Shown: piece by piece, positions 28,210 to 41,374 of the stretch
Layout of the letters: each line of letters begins with the position of its first letter
How positions within the stretch are numbered: the stretch's first letter is position 1
DNA from: Spironucleus salmonicida
Lineage: Eukaryota
NCBI RefSeq assembly: GCF_000497125.1
Contig: NC_090602.1
Coordinates: forward strand, 992,001-1,056,000
Direction: 5' to 3'
DNA: 64,000 nt
The notes under the pieces: generated by a model
Seen by the model: only the letters and a program-made list of their open reading frames with translations
Databases searched by the model: none
What the model was told of the DNA's origin: nothing
Made by a program: the position numbers and the translations under genes

Positions 28210-28656
28210 ATGACCTCGACGGGAACGCAGTACTCGTCATTTTCAACCCCGAAAACACCTGTACCCAACTCAATGCGGCTTGCAATTATAGAGTTATATA
28301 AAGAGCGGGTTGCGATTATCGATATAGCGAAATTCACGTAGCGATCCCAGTCCACGATTTCGTCAATAATTAGCATATATCTGAATGAAAATCGGATACT
28401 ATCAAAGGGACGAGGAGGTAGGAACAAGCGGCTATCAGCAGGCCAAATTTAGATGGTACAGAAATTACATAAAAATGGAATGTCGATTCGCAAAATATCA
28501 ACCTATCTCCGAATATCTTATGGAATTTAACTTGGAAAAACGCAAATAGGAACGCTAGTTAAGCGAGAAGTCAACGAGGTGTGTGTTTAGTTTGACTTTG
28601 ATCAGGAGTTCGTTGACTTTAATGAACAGATCGGTAGTTTTTAACAGCTGGATTGA
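28210..28656 (+). CDS. Paired-box/Tc1-type bipartite HTH protein (148 aa)
   Basis: MRLAIIELYKERVAIIDIAKFTQRSQSTISSIISIYLNENRILSKGRGGRNKRLS...GMSIRKISTYL: PAI-like HTH, GRGGR linker and RED-like HTH. Confidence 0.7.
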
Positions 28657-28666
28657 TCGAAATAAT

Positions 28667-28942
28667 TCACTTTCTTGCGGTTTGAATGCCCAACTTATCA
28701 GTGCTAGAATTGCTGTTTTTGCTGCTGCAGAAGCTCTTAGATAGCTTCAAGCCATGAGTGGGCTGAAGCTGCTTTACCAGTAAATCTTGCTAGTTTGCCG
28801 AATTGGTTAAAGTGCTATACTTTTCAGACGTGCTATTTTCCAGTGAAAACAAACAATCTGATGGAGGAGGCTTACGGTACTGGTCTTTAAGTTACTGTGA
28901 ACTATAGAAAGAAACTAGGGTTTTATTGTTAAGATTCAACAT
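28667..28942 (-). CDS. Small hypothetical protein, paralog 1 (91 aa)
   Basis: MLNLNNKTLVSFYSSQQLKDQYRKPPPSDCLFSLE...NQQDLLVKQL...TDKLGIQTARK; same length as, and colinear with, 29660..29935. Confidence 0.75.
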
Positions 28943-29659
28943 TTATGAAAACTGATAACACTGGTTTTTATCTTATATATTATATATTTAAGATGAATAT
29001 AGAGTTTCTAATCAATATATGTTTCCATCTATTCTTTGTGAATTGTAACTAAAATGAAATTCAATTAAATTATTCTAATATGATGGTAAAATAGATTTAA
29101 ATTAATTAATTAATTTTTGATATTCATACAAAGAATAATATATGACAATAAAAATGTAATGTAAAAACTAAATGGACTGGTCAATTTAACGATTTGTTTT
29201 ATTATTTTAATAGAATAATTATATAATAGTTTTGATTACAAACATTGATAATTTTAATCAATAATTTTTCATTCGTTAGATTACTTAAAATAATATTACT
29301 CTATTTTACTTATATATACAAAACTTATTATAATCTTAAACAATTAATTAAATTACATGATATTATTTCATAATGGGAATTATCTCATGGTTTTGTATGT
29401 AATATTTTTTAGATTGAAACTAACTATAATAATATATAATATTCGAAATAAGAAATTAAAAATATTCAGTGAAACAGCATATCCTAAAAATTTAGTAATT
29501 CTTCGTTGATATTTTTCTAAAATTTCGTTAATTAATCTCCTATAAAATTAATTCAATGAAATTAAAAAAATATCTAACAATAAATTAAAATATTATAATA
29601 ATAAAATGTGTTAATATGATTTTAACCTTGGATTCATCACCAAAAGCATTTTTAACGAT

Positions 29660-29935
29660 TCACTTTCTCGAAGATAGAGCATTAAACTTATCAGTTCTAT
29701 GGTCATTATTCTTATTATTAATGAAGCTTTGTGATAATTTAAGTTTATTAGAAAGCTTAAGCTAACTAACTAGTAAATCTTATTAATTTGTAGATTTGCT
29801 TAATACACTGTATTTCTTAGAAATATCACCTTCTAAAATAAGTAAGCAATCGGTAGGTGGTGGTTATTAATAGTGATATTAAAGTTAAGGCGAGCCAAAG
29901 AACGATACCAATGTTCTCTCATTTAGATTCAACAT
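29660..29935 (-). CDS. Small hypothetical protein, paralog 2 (91 aa)
   Basis: MLNLNERTLVSFFGSPQLQYHYQQPPPTDCLLILE...NQQDLLVSQL...TDKFNALSSRK. Confidence 0.75.
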
Positions 29936-31940
29936 TTAAAAAAACTATTAACACATATTATTAACTATGTTATATAAGTAGTCGAAACAATAAGGTTTTG
30001 ATACTAATATCAATAATATTTAATATATCTAATAATATTTAATATGTGTGAGTTATTAAAATTTAGTATTAGTATTTAGACATAATTATTTGAATATAAA
30101 GTTTTATAATAATACAATTAGTTTGAAGTATAATTCAACATATAGAATATTTGGTATTTTTAGAATATTAAAATTTACTTATACTAATTATTAATAACTC
30201 AGCCATACCATTTGTTTTAATTTTGCTAAATCTATTATGTTTTTTTATTATTATAGTTATTAGTGTAACGGTGATTATTTGCATGAATAAACTTACTCCT
30301 ACAATATTAAAGAAACAAGTTAGTTTTTTAATCAGGTTTTGTTAAATACCCATATATTCTAACAAAGCAATATATGCAAGTAATACAATATAATTAATTA
30401 ATTATGAAATAAATTTATCATATAATCAAATAATAATAAGTATTTTATTAATTCATTTTAACTATTAATATACTCTAACTCTTAATCATAATTGTAGTAT
30501 AAATCTAAGACATTAGATCTATGTGACACAAATATCAAATCACTACTATGTTTACTAGTTTTATTAAAGGATTCACATTTTACTTTTAATTATTAAATAT
30601 ACTGCATAATTATTTAAAATAATTCAAAAATAACTCGCCATAATTACTATCCTTATAGGTATTCAAATATTACACTGTAAATGTCCTAATGTTAATAGTC
30701 CTCAATATTAAAACGATAGAAAATAAGAATCTTAAAAATTTTATCTGTGAAAATCTCAGAAAATATGTATATTACAATATTAAATTTTTGACTCAAAATC
30801 ATTTAATGCAGTAAATTATATAATATAAATTGCCAAACCTGAATCACTATTAAAATGAGACTCATTTTAAAAAATGCATTTAAATTTAAGTAACTGAAAA
30901 AACAGAGAAAGTAAAATTATATAATATAAGAAGCTGAAGTACTAGTACCAGAGATTAATTAATGTGAAATTATCGTCCTTGATGTCCCTTTATGGGATAT
31001 CAAATCAATATAATAATGACATATAAATTAATATCTATATTGGTTACAGAGTTTGTTTGAATGCATATAATTTAAATATTATTGTAATTCTTCAAAATAT
31101 ATCTATGCCTTCTTATTAAATTATATAACACATATATTTTATTACGCAATTTAACCATACTCATTATAAATAAATTTAATATTTAATTTTATAAGAGTTA
31201 TAACTATTATTTTTGACTTATATAATTTAGTAGATAGTAAATTATCAGTGATTTTTACTAATGTATTTTTAATATTAATATGATGGTATTATACAATACT
31301 TGATTATATGGTATAACATTATATATTTTATAATATTTTTATAGATTATAGTTTAATATTTGGAAATTACAATCAAAAATTATTTACTATTAACATTTTA
31401 CAGGCAAACTATACATAACATAAATAAAAATGACTATATTAATAATAGAACTTTTAAATATAAGTAAATAATTAAGAGTTTTCGGTGTTATATTATTTAA
31501 TTATGTATTATACTATATTTTAAAAATAAGACTTCTTTTCTTAGATTACGAACAAATATTATTTTGCAGATAATAATTATATTATTATTTATTCAACTAG
31601 GCAAATTAATTTACTTAATAATACATTATCTAATATATAATAAATCATTATTATATGGTTAAATATAATTATTTCAAATATGATATATACTATTAGTATT
31701 TTATTATTCTAAATAGTTTCATCATGTTACATGTAATTATTTATAAACATATTATTATTGATATTATTATAAAGAATTAATAGATAATAATATAACTATA
31801 TTAACTATTTTAGTTTTATACTCCTATTGTTTATTAATATTGTGTAAATTGATTCATAATCACAATATACAGGCACTTAATTTCAAACTACTATTAAAAA
31901 TTAATATGGTAATTATATGTAATCTAAAATTGCTACATAA

Positions 31941-32354
31941 ATGGGATGCCTCGTATCTATTCCTTCAGACGACATACTATTTCTGATGAAGGAACCAAAG
32001 GAGAAGGACACTCTACCGCCATGGATGATAGGTGAGGAAGGAGACACAATTTAACCATTACCAGTTAACCCACAAAAGTCGAAATAATGTTAGCCTAATT
32101 AGACGATATTATTATGCATGGATTAACCAGACTCCGCATAGCCATTTGAAATGCTTTAGTAACCGTAGCTAGAAGACTGTTCGAAGCTAGGGATGTTTGA
32201 TAACCAAAGCGTGGACTATAAATCTGTAGTTTGGAACTATACCAAGAAGACGAAATTTGACTAGGACATCTGCAATATCAATCTGTTGAAGGATGAGATG
32301 GGTATTGAAAGCATTCACGAGGAGGATAGTTGTGGAACCAGTGAATAGTAGTGA
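31941..32354 (+). CDS. Hypothetical protein with an N-terminal MGCxxS dual-acylation motif (137 aa)
   Basis: Starts MGCLVS; open code-6 frame ending TAG TAG TGA. Confidence 0.65.
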
Positions 32355-32365
32355 TTATCGTAGTT

Positions 32366-33982
32366 TCACTTTCTTGCGGCATGTCCAGATGCTTTTATAT
32401 GTTCAAAAAGCTTTGTTCGCGAAGTAAACCCCTATTTACAAACACTACACTTCTCATTCTTTAATGTATCTTCCTATTTAGACTTTTCAGATTCTTTTAA
32501 AGTCTTTTTACCTTTAGTCTATATCTTCGTACCCTTCCGTGCCCGTTCCTCTTCATCCTCTTGTTGAATTTTGAGTAACTCTAGTTCTATTTGATGCACA
32601 GCACGCTCCTCTTCATTAAGATCTTAAAGATTGACTGGTATTTCAGTGCTTTGTTTTTTAGTATTATTAAGACAATCGGAGCCTTCTGGGTCTTGTACAA
32701 CCATCTCATTTTTAGTATTCTTTGATTTTTTAGAACTTTTATTACCTCCTGAACCATTCTCCTTTTTATTGTTTTTAGGATTTTCTAATCCTTCCTCTCC
32801 ATTTTTACTATCCCCAACTGCCTTTTTGTGACGCTTAGCAGACAGATGATTCTTGAACTCACCTACAACAACAAATCGTTGATTACAAACACTACAGTAT
32901 AGCTTCTCATTCTCATCCAGTCCCAATCCCTATTAAATTAACTCCCGATCGTCACAGAAATGTTCAATTTTTGCCTTTCCGCCTTTATTCTTTGGTGTCT
33001 ATATTTCCCTTGAATCCATCATTTCCGCTGTCCTCAGCACTTCTGCAGGTAAACGCTGGCTGACTGTTAGCTGTTCAAGCTACAAAAGCTCCGATTGTGT
33101 AATAGTTTTTTGTTTAAGTTTCTCCTTCAAGTTTGCGATTAATTGAGCACGCTCGATCACAAAGGCTTATTGTTAAGTCTTCTTGGTATCTTTTTATACT
33201 TACAATTACTCCTAAATCTATTTCGATCTCAGAGCCTTTTCATCTCTCTCTAGCTTTTCAAAACGCTCTAAACGCTAGTCTCTGCGCCGAATATGTTAAA
33301 CTAGCTATCGGATCTTATCCTCAAAACGATGTCTGGCATCTTTCCTAAATTTTTCGTTCTCGTTTGTTGCAATTTTACGGTAACGGGAGTCACCACCGTC
33401 TATAGAATACTAATCCGCGTGAGAGAAGGTTTTAGCTGTTTTAAAATACATCCATGAGGTGTAAAATGCAGTTATCTAAGATTTAGTTGAATTATCGTCT
33501 CCGAATTCAGGGAACTAATTCTTAGCACGAAATTCAATTTTAAGTTTTATATCAGCTGGCATTTTCTCCTGGAGACGTGTTAAAGCAGATTTAACTTCTT
33601 CAGTGGATAATATTTTGAAAGCCTCATTATACGCTTAATAAAAGTCGACCTATGTATGGAAAAGCTGCTCCAGATTAACAAATGTTTCAACGCCGAAGAA
33701 CTCGTCTACTTCCGGAGTTGGCGCTAGAATTTTATTCTTATTTCTATTATAATGCGCGCGTTCTTGAGGATCCGACAGCGTGGTATAGGCTTCCTATATA
33801 TACCTGAACAAAAGCGTCGCTTTCTCCTGGTTTTCCCGGTTCTTGTCAGGATGGTGAACCTGCGCTTGCTTAAAGTACGCTTTTTTAATTTTAGACGGAT
33901 CCTGCTCCGCCTCGCTGATATTCAAAATCTTGTAGTAGTCGTACTTCAGTTGCGTCTCGGGGTCTATCGTCGGATCTTCCAT
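32366..33982 (-). CDS. DNAJC21: DnaJ protein with C2H2 zinc fingers, DNAJC21/Jjj1-like (538 aa)
   Basis: N-terminal J domain (DYYKIL..HHPDKN), LYCSVCNQRF..NHLSAKRH and C-terminal KCSVCKQGFTSRTKLFEHIKASGHA. Confidence 0.85.
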
Positions 33983-34041
33983 TTGCAGGAATGGAAAAAT
34001 ATTTTTACAATTATTATATGTTTATAATATGTAATTGTAAA

Positions 34042-35136
34042 ATGATTCTGTGCGTATAAAACATTCTTTTTAACTGCTTTTCCGAGCGGTCCACGATAAC
34101 CAAAAGCAAGAACCGCTACCAAATAACGCTAATTCCGCTCCAAAGCTGCGGATTCGACGCACAGACCTCAAAAATCGCACCGAACAACGAGACGCAGCAC
34201 GCCTTCAGCACCACCCTGACGGTAAAGTACAGGAAGCCGCTCCACTTTCTCAACATTTCGAGCGATTCCACTCATTACATCCACGTCTTCCGGCCCGGCT
34301 CCTGCCTCTCGGACGCGAAATTGCGCATTCGGGCCTCCTACGCGGCGCTGCAGATTCCGAATTACTGCGCGTTGTCGGGGATTGAAATTCTCGCGTTTTC
34401 AGGCGCACGGCACCCGCTCCGCTTCGAGATTCTGCGGCAGAACCCCGAGATTTTCGCCGTTTTGCGGGAAGGACAAATTTAGACATATGGGCATATAATA
34501 GTTCGAATGGCTGAAATTTCATATTAAATGAATATATAAGATATAATATTGCGAAATGGATAAAGTAATGTTATACTCTAAATCGGGCCTGGAGTCCGGG
34601 TTTTTTCTGGGAATGAGTAGCTCAGTGATGTTAAACTGGTGGCTAAGTCCGTGAGGGGGTTCGTGCATGAGCTTCAGGTGCATTACGAGGCGGAGGGGCT
34701 CGGTTTTCAGAAATTTATAAAAGATAATATTATACTAGAAATAAGCGTTTAGAATGATGGATAATACGCATATATAGGAAAGATTGTCTATCGTGAATAT
34801 TTAGTGAAATACACAAAGAAAAATGGATGTGTGAACTTTAATGTAGAAGGAAACAACTTCTACCTAGTATATAGCGATTAAATTCAATACTCTAGTAAAC
34901 CTTACTTTTGTGGCATTGAAAATTTTACAGCCCTTATTGTTTAAACAAATAATTCGACACTTGAACTGTATCCAGACCATTCTGATCATTAATACATCAA
35001 AGTAGAAGACTCGTATACTTGCACAAATCTTATATTAATTTTAACATGTGTTGGGTTGACACTTATTTGGTACCGATATTCTCCAGAAACGGTAGAATTT
35101 GATCACGAGTACAATGATGATTATATTTATGAGTGA
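34042..35136 (+). CDS. Type I membrane protein (364 aa)
   Basis: Continuous frame. The N-terminus MILCVQNILFNCFSERST..YQITLIPL resembles that of 12330..13820; C-terminal TM LILILTCVGLTLIWY. Confidence 0.75.
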
Positions 35137-35189
35137 AATATATATTATTATATTCTATATAATGATTATCTCCAAATTTGAATTCCATA

Positions 35190-38100
35190 ATGTCAAAAGT
35201 TGTCGTGGACGAATAACATTTAATGAAAATGATCCAAAAGGTAGAAGAGTAGCAAACTTAACTTATGGAATTAGCTTAACTATATGAGTCAGCAGATGAT
35301 GCGAATAAGGCATCAACAGAATAATTGGTACAGTTTTAATAGTAAAATGAGAATCTTGTTAGTTCTCTAAAAATTGCTTAGGATAAATTAACTTAAAGCG
35401 AGGAACTACTACATTTTCGGGATAAATAGTTAACTGTTTTGTAGAATTAGTTATTAAAATTCACGCATTCTGGGCTTGTTCCAGATTAAGCATCATTTGT
35501 TGGACTTATTCCCCCTTCATCACCAGAAAATATGAAATAGGAGCTTTAAATGCTTAGAGATTCACTGTAATTTACTGGGATATAACATAACCAGCCTTTA
35601 CAAGTAACTACCTAAAACAATACATATAAGGAAGAAATCGCAGCATTAAACAAAAAGGTTGAGGATCTGAACTTTGAGTTAAATGAAAATAAATTTAAGA
35701 AAAGTGATATGTCAGAAAATGCTGTCGTTAAGTAATTAGAGAAAGTGATTAACGATTTGCGTGAAGAAAAGCAAGAATTAGGTAAGGTAGTGGAAATTTA
35801 AAAACAAGAAATTTAAAACCATGAGTAACTTAAAGGTGAGTTTTCATCGCTTTAAATGATTAATGTTTAGTAAAATAATGATCTTAATGAAAAAGATAAT
35901 GATATTATGCAGTTTATTTAGGCTATTTCAGAATTATAGAGCGAAAAAAGTGAGATTGAAATCGCCATGTAGATGATGAGTTAATAAAGTTAATTTAGCT
36001 AGAACTAACATAATAGCATTACAGTTAACTAAATGATTTAATCTGATATTAGTATGTAAAACGCTGCAATTATGTTCAATATTGATTTATAAAATTTAGA
36101 AACTGAAATACGTAGCTAGTGTGAAGATAAATCTAATGAAATTCTTAATGAATTACTCTAAGATTTAACATAATATACTACTTTGTAGGTAACTAAAATG
36201 TCATTTAATAAAGTTGTTAAAGAAATTATTTAAAAATAAATTGAAACGAACATGTAATTAACATAATATTAGAACTCTAAATTTGAAGAAACATAAGTAT
36301 CATAAGAGAATAAAGTTTAGCTAGATTAACTACGAAATGAAAACTTGACATATTAAAATTAGTTAGAAAATGAGAAAAATAACGCGGATATGATAAAATA
36401 ATAAATTGATGATAATTTAATAAAAATTAGGCTGCTACAAGAAGAAATTGTTTCTTAAGCTTAAAATATTGGTGAAAAAGAACTAAGAATAGAAAATTAG
36501 TCATAAAAAATCACGGAACTAGAAAGTATTCTAATTTAAGCTAAAGGAAATTTATAAAAATTTGAAAATTTAGGAGAGAACAATTAAACTTTACTTTCTG
36601 AAATGAATAATTTGACAAATGAAAACTAAGGATTGAAAGTTGAGCTTTAGGTTGTTAAGAATGCCCATTAAGAAATATCTAAATAAACTGAAATTCAAGA
36701 AAAAATGTATAAATAATTATAAGATGAACATGCAAAATTAGATTCTTTGTTACAAGATAAATTTAATGAATCTGAAACACTGAAAAATACACTATAAAGT
36801 AAGGATTAATAGACAAATAGTTAGTCGTAGTTATAATTAGATTAAATTAATTAAATAACAGTTGAGATTAAACATTTAAAGTCATAATTAGACGAAGCTA
36901 ATGATTTACTGAGAGAAAGTAATCGTGACTTAATGGACACAAAATAATAGCATACTAGAGCAGAGGCTATCTTATCCGAAAAGGATAATTAAATAATAAT
37001 GGAAAGAAATAAAAATCTTTCTTGTGAAACCTAAATAGCTGGGTTCAAGGACTAAATTAAAACATTGGGTATCACTATGGATAAACTTAGAAATGAAAAA
37101 GAAGAGCTACTATTGAAATATACTGATCTTAAAGTTGAAAAGAATGTGCTAGAGAATGACAAGCAAAATGTTGATAGTTAATACAAAGAAAAGCTTACAA
37201 ATTTAGAAAAAGAGCTGTAAATTACCTAGTCATAAAATGATGATTTTAATAAAGTCTTAACAGCTAAAAACTAAGAAATAACTGAACTAGAGGTGGAATT
37301 AAGAAAATATGTAGCTTAATTTAATGAAAAGAATCTTAAAGTTGAAGATGTTACAATGTAAAAAGAAGAAGAGGTTAATAAGTATGAGCTACTTATTGGT
37401 GCATAAAAGTCATAAATTAGCGAGATTGAGTCCCAATTAATGAAACTATGTTCAGAAAATTAATATTATATCGATGAAAAGATGCTATTGTAGAAAAATA
37501 TTCAGTAAAAAGATACATAAATACAATAATTATAAAACTAAGTATTCTAATAAGAAAAATAAGTTAAAAATTTGTAAGTAGACTTAGAAAAGGGTAATAA
37601 TGAACATAATAGACTTAGGAGAGATCTAGAACATACAGAATTAGAAATTACTCGTCGAGAAGAGTCTTTCTTGAGTTAAACTGAACTTATCAAAACTAAA
37701 TTTGAAGACTATACTTAAAAATAATTGGAACGCGAGATATCTAAAAAGAATTAGGAAATATCTCGTCTTTAGACTAATCTTGAGCAGAAATAAGGGGAAT
37801 TTGACGCAGTTAAGTAGGATTTTACTCATAAAATTAATGAAAATACGTAAGCACTTAACTAAATTGACGTTATCAATAGAAAACTTATATAATAAGAATA
37901 GTTAACAGCAAGAATTAGATAAAATTCTCAGGAAATGAAGGAATAGTATGAAAATAAGATTAATAACTTGAGGTAAGAAAATTAGAGAGTTGTTAATACT
38001 TTACAGAACAATGAGATGAATTTCAAACTATAGGAGACATAGCGGTCAGGAAATTTAAGAGAAGAGTATAATAAATAAATAGAATAATTAGTTGGCTAAT

Positions 38101-38435
38101 TAAAAGATTTATAATTAGAGAATGAAAAAATTAAGGTAAGAATTTAAATGGAAAATGTAGAAAAGGAAAGATCCTAATAAGAAATTTCTAGAATTTCCTT
38201 AAAAATGAAAGATGCTGAAGATGAACTATAGAAATAACTGAAGGGTACGGAAAAATATAGAGACCTTTACAAAAAGGCATATTAAGTAGTGGAAAAGATG
38301 AAAGAGAAAGAAAGAAGTTAAAAACAAGTAATCGATGGATTGGAATAACGAGTAGACGAGCTAGCTAGAAGGTAAGCTAGTAATAGAAATGAAGGATATA
38401 GTAATAAATCTAATTATACTCCTGGAGCATGGTGA
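35190..38435 (+). CDS. Long coiled-coil protein (~1081 aa)
   Basis: Gln/Glu/Lys/Leu-rich heptad composition; ATG 35190 and TGA 38433-38435 in frame; very many TAA/TAG Gln codons. Confidence 0.8.
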
Positions 38436-38486
38436 TATTTTTGACTTACTATGATCTATATAATATTTATTATTTCCACCTCGTTC

Positions 38487-38498
38487 CAATCTAATCTA
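38487..38498 (+). promoter_or_regulatory. CAATCTAATCTA motif just upstream of the V-ATPase c start codon
   Basis: An identical 12-mer ends 5 nt before the ATG both here and at 49750-49761 (V-ATPase D). Confidence 0.45.
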
Positions 38499-38503
38499 AA
38501 AAA

Positions 38504-39040
38504 ATGACTAGTGAAATAGTTAATTAAGGGGCATGTCCTTATGGCTCAGCCATGTTTTCTTACCTAGGTATGGGTGCAGGTGTTGCATTGTCATCTCTAG
38601 GCTCCGCCTATGGTACTGCGAAGGCAGGAAAAGGTGTTATTATTTCTGGAATAATGAAGCCATCATAGGCTATGAAGGCTACACTCCCTGTTATTATGGC
38701 AGGAGTGTTAGGTATTTATGGTCTCATTATAGCAATTGTCATTAACTCATAAATTGTTAAATATGAAGCTCCACCTTATCCAGTTGGTGCTATTCCTCTT
38801 CTTTCTTCTCATGCTCATCTTGCTGCAGGTATATCAACAGGACTTGCTGCATTTGCTGCAGGTATAGCAATTGGTATTTCTGGATCTGCTGGTGCCAGAG
38901 CAAATGCAAGAAATCCCAAACTTTTCGTAGTCATGCTTCTAATTTTAGTTTTTGGGGAAGCCCTAGCTCTATATGGATTGATTTTAGGTCTTATATTATG
39001 TTTTAAGAGCGTAGGTCCTGAAACTTGCATTATTAAGTGA
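38504..39040 (+). CDS. VMA3: V-type ATPase 16-kDa proteolipid subunit c (178 aa)
   Basis: [11 protein letters not shown]...[14 protein letters not shown]...AHLAAG...AGIAIG...[20 protein letters not shown], with the essential Glu. Confidence 0.95.
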
Positions 39041-39664
39041 TATTTTCTTTATAAAGCACCTAAAGATATAGCATGTAATTATATTGAGATATAAGTTAGT
39101 TATATCCAACATATAGGCGTCCAGCTTTAAGAAGTTTTAATCGACTCTCAATGTTACTGATTATTGATTTAAAATATATAGTATATCCGATTATTATTTT
39201 TATATGTTAATAAATAATTTATAAGTATATTGTGTTATTATATTAGAATTAAATTTTAAAACGTAGACAACCAACAGTTGTAACTATTAGCTGTAATCAA
39301 TAAAATCTATCTATAACAACAATATTTAGGTCTAATTGCTAAAAATAAATTGTATATTTATCAGTTTTAATATAAATTTTCAAGCTTTTATACGTAAACT
39401 AGTACTCGTGATTTAAAAAAAATAAATGTAAACGAAATTATTTATATATAACTAAACCTAATTTTTCAATATCTTTTTGTTATTAACAAACTAAATTACT
39501 AATTTATATGTAATTAAAATCATATCCATCGAAAAACTGATTAGTGTGACTTCTCTTTTAACTAATCGAATTTTTTAATACATTACTTATTATTCATTAA
39601 ATTTTCGTTTGAAATAACATAACTCATATAATTATATATAAATATAAGATATCTCAATTCTAAA

Positions 39665-41374
39665 ATGGCAGCTAATACCTGCATTACGACACAGTCACCA
39701 TACAACTGCAATACCAATACTTACTGCCCCAACACTCTCCCAGCTGCAGTATCCTCATGCAAACCCTGCTCTGAAATCACAACCTTTGATATTGGCTGCA
39801 GCTGTAATACCATTATGATTCCAGCATGCACCGGCTGCACCGGAAACGATTGTGCATCCTGTGCGACTGGGTTTACCCTGTTAAACAAGTAGTGCAGCAA
39901 ATCCTGTACTAATAACGCAGAATGTCCCGCTGGCCAGTATTGCAAGGACGCACAATGCATTCCCTGCCATAGTGATTGTCTAACATGCAACGGTGGTGCA
40001 GACAAGCAGTGTGCCACCTGCCGGTATGGCTACAAGATTTACGGTGGATACTGCGTTGAAAAGCTACCCTACGAACTTTTCTGTCAAAGCGACCAGGAAT
40101 GCGAGCTAGGCTTCCGCTGCGACGTAACAAGCAAAGGCTGTATGAACTGCTAGACATACATCGACTCATGCAATTGTGCCATCACTAATTGCGCATACTG
40201 CGGTCTCGACGGAACATGCCTGAAATGCAATTCCAAGAGCATGAAGGTGAAAGACCTCTGTGTTCTGATCAAATCCAACGAATGCACAGATGATGTAAAC
40301 AACTGCCAGGATGGCTACTACTGCCCGAATACGCTCACCATAAGCGCCTGCCTGGTATGCAATGATATAACGCCAGAGTTCAGCTGCAAATGTGGTACGA
40401 ATTTGTTCGCAAACTGCAAGAAATGCGCTGGGAACAACTAGTCGTGTGAGTAATGCTAGAGCGGTTTCCAGGACGCCGGCTGCACGCAGTTCACTTGTGC
40501 GACGAAACCGGCCTTGAACCAGACCTGCCCGGGCCCTAATGGCACCCCCACTACCTGCGCCACCGAACCCCCGTTCAAAACACCGTGTATGTGCAATCTA
40601 GAGAACTGTGGAAACTGCAATCTAGAGGACGCTACGCAATGTGGAAGCTGCATGGATGGATTTTAGAAGAACGAACACAACAAATGCGTCATCAAAATCT
40701 GCAAAGAAAAGCTTAAATTAGGCGAGTTCTGCCACGGAAGCCATAATACGCCTGAGGTCTGCCGTTCACAACTGGAACCATGTTTTTGTGGGGATGCAAA
40801 GTTTTGTTAGACATGTGCGAGCACCAATTTCTGCGAAAAGTGTGTCGTCGGGTATACGAAATCTCTGTCAGGAGAGTGTGTTGCTGAGTGCACGGACCTG
40901 AAAGACGGCATGTACTGCGATATCTAAAATACAGCGCAGGCGTGCTTATAAAGCTAGTTTTTAGGCTTCTGTAGATGTGGAAAGAGTATTAATTGCGCTT
41001 TCTGCGAGGACGACGGTGTCTGTAAGTAGTGCTTTACCGGCTACTAGCTAGATGGCGGTGACTGCTTAAAATGTATCAGAACCTTCGAATTGGTGGAGGG
41101 GCGCTGCGTGCTTATTCCTGAGAATTCAAAAACTGGATGGACCGTGGCTGGAATCAGCATTGCAGTGTTTTTAGCTATTGCTTTAATTGCAATTTTAGTA
41201 GGGCTATGGATGTTTGGATATTTAAGGAAAAGTCAAGCTGAAGCGGTAATGGAGGAGACTATCACTGAGACTCCTGATGTTCAAACAGGCCGAAATAATG
41301 GCAATAACCTCCTTCCTCCCGTTGAAGCCGGCAAGGACGTAGAACTCGGAAAAATAGCTTTAGAGCAAAAGTGA
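39665..41374 (+). CDS. Cysteine-rich membrane protein (CRMP/VSP-like, 569 aa)
   Basis: Repeated CxxC and CxC modules (YCP..C..C..CxC..C..C..C..GF), C-terminal TM WTVAGISIAVFLAIALIAILVGLWMF and a cytoplasmic tail. Confidence 0.9.

Noticed and set aside
28657-29140. Cys-rich in-frame continuation after the TGA of the Pax-like gene (possible Sec/read-through)
   Set aside because: It is explained by the minus-strand 91-aa gene, which has a colinear paralog at 29660..29935.
21579-33982. SBDS and DNAJC21 (both late 60S maturation) as a functional cluster
   Set aside because: They are 10 kb apart with unrelated genes between them; chance proximity is sufficient.
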